Part shown: in pieces, positions 36,101-38,813 of the stretch
Numbering within the stretch: position 1 is the stretch's first letter
How the letters are laid out: the number at the start of each line of letters is the position of its first letter
Source: Bacilli bacterium
GTDB lineage: Bacteria > Bacillota_I > Bacilli_A > RFN20 > CAG-826
Assembly: GCA_016296285.1 (NCBI GenBank)
Contig: JAEDJP010000002.1
Coordinates: forward strand, 1 to 38,813
Direction of reading: 5' to 3'
DNA length: 38,813 nt
Translations under genes and position numbers: made by a program
The notes under the pieces: generated by a model
Told to the model about the DNA's origin: nothing
The model's database searches: none
The model's input: only the letters and a program-made list of their open reading frames with translations

Positions 36101-37950
36101 AGCTCGAGGGCATCATCGGCCACGGTTATGCCGTTACCTACTTCATCGCCCACAAGCTCATCAAGATGGCTAACGACGAGCCGGAGCATTACATCGTCGG
36201 CTCCCGTGGATCGGTTGGTTCCTCCATCGCCGCGACGATGGCGAACATCACCGAGGTCAACCCCTTGCCCCCGCATTATCATTGCCCCCACTGCCATTAC
36301 CTCACGTTCGAAGATGAAGATGGGGTCAATTTCCTCAAGAAAGGCTATAAATCCGGCTTCGATTTGCCGAATCGCGCCTGCCCAAAATGCGGCACCCCCC
36401 TGAGGCAAAACGGCCAGAACATTCCGTTCGAGACGTTCCTCGGCTTCTCCGCGAACAAGGTCCCGGACATCGACTTGAACTTCGAGGACCAAAGCCAGAA
36501 GAAGGCGCACAATTACACGCGTATCCTGCTTGGCGAACGGAACGTCTTCCGCGCGGGCACGATCGAAACGGTCGCCGAGAAGACCGCGTATGGCTATGTC
36601 CGCGGCTACTTTGAGGACATGCTGAAAGCGCAGCACAGCGCCAAAGGCGTCGATTCCATCAACCCCACCTATATCGCTTATCTCGCCTCGAAATGCCAAG
36701 GCGTCAAGCGCACGACCGGTCAGCATCCAGGCGGCATCGTCGTCGTCCCGGCCGACCGTTCCATCTATGACTTCACCGCCGTCCAGCACCCCGCGGATGA
36801 CCTCGAATCGAATTGGCTTACCACCCACTTCGACTATCGTTCCATGCACGACGAGTTGCTGAAATTCGATATCCTTGGCCACGTCGACCCGATGGCCATG
36901 CGTTATTACCGTGACCTGACCGGGGTCAAAATCGAGGATATTCCGATGAACGACCCCCGCGTTTTGTCCCTTTTCACCTCGCCGAAGGAGCTGCATCTCC
37001 ACCGGAACTACCTCAATTCCATCACGGGCGCTTCCGCCCTCCCGGAATTCGGGACCGACCTGGCACAGCGAATGCTTAGCGAGGCAAAGCCCAAGACGTT
37101 CAACGATCTCCTCATCATCTCTGGCTTGAGCCACGGCACCGACGTTTGGCAGGGCAACGCCGAAGATTTGATTCTGAACGGCGTGACCGACATCAACGGC
37201 GTCATCGGGTGCCGCGACGATATCATGTCCTACCTCATCCTCCAAGGCATTGATCCTCAGATGGCATTCAGCATCATGGAGGACGTCCGTCACGGCCATA
37301 ACGCCTTCCTCAAGAAAGCGGACGTCTACATCCCGGTCATGCAGGCCCATGGGGTTCCCGATTGGTATATCGAATCCTGCAAGAAGATCAAATACCTCTT
37401 CCCCCGCGGTCACGCGACGGCTTACGTCATGATGGCGGTCCGCGTCGCCTATTTCAAACTCTACTACCCCTTGCAGTTCTACGCGGTTTTCTTCTCCGTC
37501 CGCAGCGACGCCTACGACATCGAGACCATGATCCAAGGGGAAGACGCCATCATCGCGAAAATCGATGCTTTGCGCGCCCGTCGCGACGATCGGTCCAACC
37601 CGCTTTCGAACAAGGAAATCAACATCTTGAAAACGCTCCTGATCGCTCTTGAGATGTGCGAGCGCGGCTATCATTTCGCGAACCTCGACCTCTATCGAAG
37701 CGATAGCAAGATGTTCGTCGTCGATGAGAAGAACAAAGCCCTCATCCCCCCGTTCGTCGTCATCGATAACCTCGGCGAAAGCGCGGCGAACAGCGTCGTG
37801 GAAGCCCGCGAGAAACTCAAAGGCAAACCCTTCCTTTCGAAAGAGCAAGTCTTGCGTGACACAAAGCTCTCCTCGACGAATCTCGCGGAACTCGATCGCC
37901 TTGGGGTTCTATCCGATCTCAGCGAGTCCAACCAGCTCACGCTCTTCTAA
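33163..37950 (+). CDS. polC: DNA polymerase III PolC-type (alpha subunit with intrinsic 3'-5' exonuclease)
   Basis: 1595 aa. RVELHLHTKMS (PHP), VFDTETTGL / HNATFDIGF / HRADYD (exonuclease), GSRGSVGSS, CPHCHY...CPKCG zinc module, PDIDLNF, C-terminal NQLTLF. Confidence 0.96.
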   Translation: MQKKMYSFLRSVGIESPERFDLDFTLVGRNPHRVEQIDMFVQKETPWDYGALEEFLAALGTIRYPYSLRFSYVSEIGNEDVLSLYEGYSLAHIGQGILPSMRLDGKVLKVAYSKANRQKEERTVSDFASMLSFINYPSSFVFEEKEEKILSPKKAEEPASSLEEQGFAPEEISAPETSEQASLKEGQQAILEDFKAIQQMGEEELLSLEQKNLAVMMEERRKQRLSKKGDYQVAENIDAVFHLGLCNVDFCGEVFEADLRNTRKGGKMGVFGIGDSTNAITVRCFSNAKGMTEEVLSSITIGTRVRVRGAIDIDNYSKQKTIRGHFVDRLPAAEPRDDDPSLEKKRVELHLHTKMSTMDAVADFSSYYKLAKHMGMKAIAVTDHGVLQSFPAAQTAREKDKKDPLKIIYGCELYMFDLHQTIVLNPAPIPLAKGRYCVFDTETTGLSARYDRIVEFGGVIVENGVVQKRFNMLINPEMPMPAASTRINHITDEMLADKPTMKQALPMIMDFLGDHVLVAHNATFDIGFVNAALEREGLPPLKNPVIDTLPLSHYLFPKAGRHNEGALLRNLGLSIYDGADAHRADYDANALSEGWQEIVRRLNHVYPGITHQDLATLQIELPDIEDVERETADEGNFARFTTAMGYFARFWHIQYPSDDIRLQFASFEDAHQEYLRWKEDPNPEETDLAKKPKLYRHLEDLKSSFNSFCRNLKEYHAIVLVKNHQGLKDLYKIVTQGNTTYLSRVPKTPRVLVEAYRQNMMVGSACLNSEIMEIALTRNRDVLVEAMRFYDYIEIQPLENYSYLINMGRVPSKEHLISVLRDIVEAARIAGKKVVATGDCHYLNPEDKILRDVYINAKAIGGGSHPMNPPARRDYPLFENPDQHFRSTREMLDCFQEWTTPEEAMEFVVDNSNWVADQIDESITPVLPGCFPPDKNLPNSDKQLRDLCYGNFHSIFDYSYDDDPKVQEAIQFVKNRLDRELEGIIGHGYAVTYFIAHKLIKMANDEPEHYIVGSRGSVGSSIAATMANITEVNPLPPHYHCPHCHYLTFEDEDGVNFLKKGYKSGFDLPNRACPKCGTPLRQNGQNIPFETFLGFSANKVPDIDLNFEDQSQKKAHNYTRILLGERNVFRAGTIETVAEKTAYGYVRGYFEDMLKAQHSAKGVDSINPTYIAYLASKCQGVKRTTGQHPGGIVVVPADRSIYDFTAVQHPADDLESNWLTTHFDYRSMHDELLKFDILGHVDPMAMRYYRDLTGVKIEDIPMNDPRVLSLFTSPKELHLHRNYLNSITGASALPEFGTDLAQRMLSEAKPKTFNDLLIISGLSHGTDVWQGNAEDLILNGVTDINGVIGCRDDIMSYLILQGIDPQMAFSIMEDVRHGHNAFLKKADVYIPVMQAHGVPDWYIESCKKIKYLFPRGHATAYVMMAVRVAYFKLYYPLQFYAVFFSVRSDAYDIETMIQGEDAIIAKIDALRARRDDRSNPLSNKEINILKTLLIALEMCERGYHFANLDLYRSDSKMFVVDEKNKALIPPFVVIDNLGESAANSVVEAREKLKGKPFLSKEQVLRDTKLSSTNLAELDRLGVLSDLSESNQLTLF

Positions 37951-37960
37951 ACCGATACAC

Positions 37961-37998
37961 GCCCCTTCTCTTTCGCAAAAAAGGCAGGGGCATTTTCT
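37961..37998 (+). terminator. Possible terminator after polC
   Basis: gcccct ... aggggc stem with a large loop, followed by attttcttgttctttctt. Confidence 0.35.
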
Positions 37999-38039
37999 TG
38001 TTCTTTCTTCGCGGATTGACGCGTCGCATCAAGTCGGGT

Positions 38040-38068
38040 TTGAAATATCCGCGAATCCGTCTTATAAT
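38040..38068 (+). promoter_or_regulatory. Candidate tRNA promoter TTGAAA-17 nt-TATAAT
   Basis: Exact 17-nt spacer, ~32 nt upstream of tRNA-Pro. Confidence 0.5.
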
Positions 38069-38100
38069 CGTTCCCGCGCAAGTCGAAGGACTTGACACGT

Positions 38101-38177
38101 CGGGACGTAGCACAGCTTGGTAGTGCGCCTGGTTCGGGACCAGGAGGTCGCGGGTTCGAACCCCGCCGTTCCGACCA
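38101..38177 (+). tRNA. tRNA-Pro (anticodon CGG), CCA encoded
   Basis: Cloverleaf folded by hand. Acceptor cgggacg/cgttccg, D stem gcac/gtgc, anticodon stem cctgg/ccagg with loop ttCGGga, T arm gcggg ttcgaac cccgc, discriminator A, CCA. Confidence 0.9.
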
Positions 38178-38192
38178 TTTTTTCTAAGCGCT

Positions 38193-38269
38193 GTCTCCGT
38201 AGCTCAGCTGGATAGAGCACTTCCCTCCTAAGGAAGGGGTCAGGCGTTCGAATCGCCTCGGGGACGCCA
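38193..38269 (+). tRNA. tRNA-Arg (anticodon CCU), CCA encoded
   Basis: Acceptor gtctccg/cggggac, D arm gctc agctggata gagc, anticodon stem cttcc/ggaag with loop ctCCTaa, T arm aggcg ttcgaat cgcct, discriminator G, CCA. Confidence 0.9.
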
Positions 38270-38280
38270 TATGAAATCCG

Positions 38281-38307
38281 CAGGACCTATTCCGGGTCCT
38301 GTTTTTC
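38281..38307 (+). terminator. Terminator after the tRNA pair
   Basis: caggacc tattcc(g) ggtcctg followed by ttttt. Confidence 0.7.
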
Positions 38308-38320
38308 ATTGCGAATCACG

Positions 38321-38340
38321 AAAAAAGACCCCACGGGGTC
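38321..38340 (-). terminator. Terminator of the convergent PII-like gene
   Basis: On the minus strand: gaccc cgtg gggtc followed by tttttt. Confidence 0.55.
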
Positions 38341-38358
38341 CTTATTCTTGGTTTCTGA

Positions 38359-38688
38359 TCAGAAGATGCCTTCGACCGAGGAAAGCGGTAAAACGAACAT
38401 GCCGCCCGGAATGTCCTTGAAGGAACCGGTCAATTCCCGGATCCGCCCTTTTAGTTGCTCAAGATTCTCCTCGTCGATGATGATGAAAAGCGTCAGGTTC
38501 CCTTGAGGATAATCGTCCACCATCGAGGCGAGGCTGATGGCGGTCCCGTGTCCGTGGACATCGGGGAGCACGTGGTGCATCCCGGTCGTGTTCATGACGG
38601 TGCCGTTATAGCCTTCCTGAGAAAGGGTTCGAAGAAGGGTTTCCGCCTTTTGGTTGTTGTCGAGGATGCAGAAGAGGAGTTGTTTCAT
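38359..38688 (-). CDS. PII-like small signalling protein (DarA/PstA cyclic-di-AMP receptor-like; tentative)
   Basis: 109 aa. N-terminus MKQLLFCILDNNQKAETLLRTLSQEGYNGTVMNTTG and C-terminus GGMFVLPLSSVEGIF parallel my recollection of B. subtilis DarA ([35 protein letters not shown] ... GATVFVLPVDEFHQF). Confidence 0.45.
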   Translation of the reverse strand: MKQLLFCILDNNQKAETLLRTLSQEGYNGTVMNTTGMHHVLPDVHGHGTAISLASMVDDYPQGNLTLFIIIDEENLEQLKGRIRELTGSFKDIPGGMFVLPLSSVEGIF

Positions 38689-38813
38689 GGTAGGTTCTCG
38701 CTTGGGCGAACGTACTATAACACCGGGAAAAGAAAAAGAAACGCCTAAACTTTCTCACTGTAGTTATCCGCAAATTTGTTTCTAGGCAATTATCCGGTAA
38801 TTCGTTTCCACCT

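Noticed and set aside
35011-37848. 945-aa minus-strand ORF antisense to polC, and many shorter antisense or off-frame ORFs throughout (e.g. 3634-4620, 8421-9209, 10034-11164, 24201-25217, 25178-26032, 31777-33516)
   Set aside because: All lie fully within well-supported genes on the opposite strand or in another frame. They have biased Arg/Gly/Asp/Val composition, no SD and no motifs.
38092-38097. TTGACA hexamer immediately upstream of tRNA-Pro
   Set aside because: There is no room for a spacer and a -10 box before the mature tRNA 5' end at 38101. The TTGAAA-17-TATAAT pair at 38040-38068 is the better promoter.

Overview
38.8-kb chromosomal core segment from a GC-rich, standard-code (TGA = stop) Bacillota-type bacterium with a PolC replicase. 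Hand-counted coding lines run about 52-62% GC. The window opens inside an rRNA operon (3' ~965 nt of 23S, then 5S). It then runs through about 38 mostly plus-strand housekeeping genes. Their order closely follows three Bacillus subtilis regions, as I recall them, compacted into one block: yloU-yloV-recG; rnc-ftsY-ylxM-ffh-rpsP-ylqC-rimM-trmD-rplS-ylqF-rnhB; and smf-topA-gid-codV followed by rpsB-tsf-pyrH-frr-uppS-cdsA-dxr-rasP-polC. The window ends with tRNA-Pro(CGG), tRNA-Arg(CCU) and a convergent PII-like gene. The departures from this template are the interesting part. (1) A low-GC (38-48% in sampled lines) minus-strand cassette of three small SD-preceded ORFs (58, 93 and 114 aa) plus ~320 nt of ORF-free AT-rich DNA sits between tsf and pyrH. 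The 93-aa ORF carries a motif I associate with C-terminal regions of polymorphic toxins, and the 114-aa ORF looks like a small helical immunity-type protein. (2) A 621-aa two-TM protein of unknown function plus a LemA-family gene is chained directly to ffh. (3) The rpsP-KH-rimM-trmD block is inverted. (4) A YfhO/GT-C-like polytopic membrane gene lies between yloV and recG. (5) Several genes have a -10 box 6-12 nt from the ATG and no Shine-Dalgarno, suggesting leaderless mRNAs. (6) PolC, S2 and RseP carry lineage-specific insertions or extensions. I saw no CRISPR array, transposase or phage genes. All functional calls come from reading the translated ORFs and the nucleotide sequence by eye; no database search was possible.
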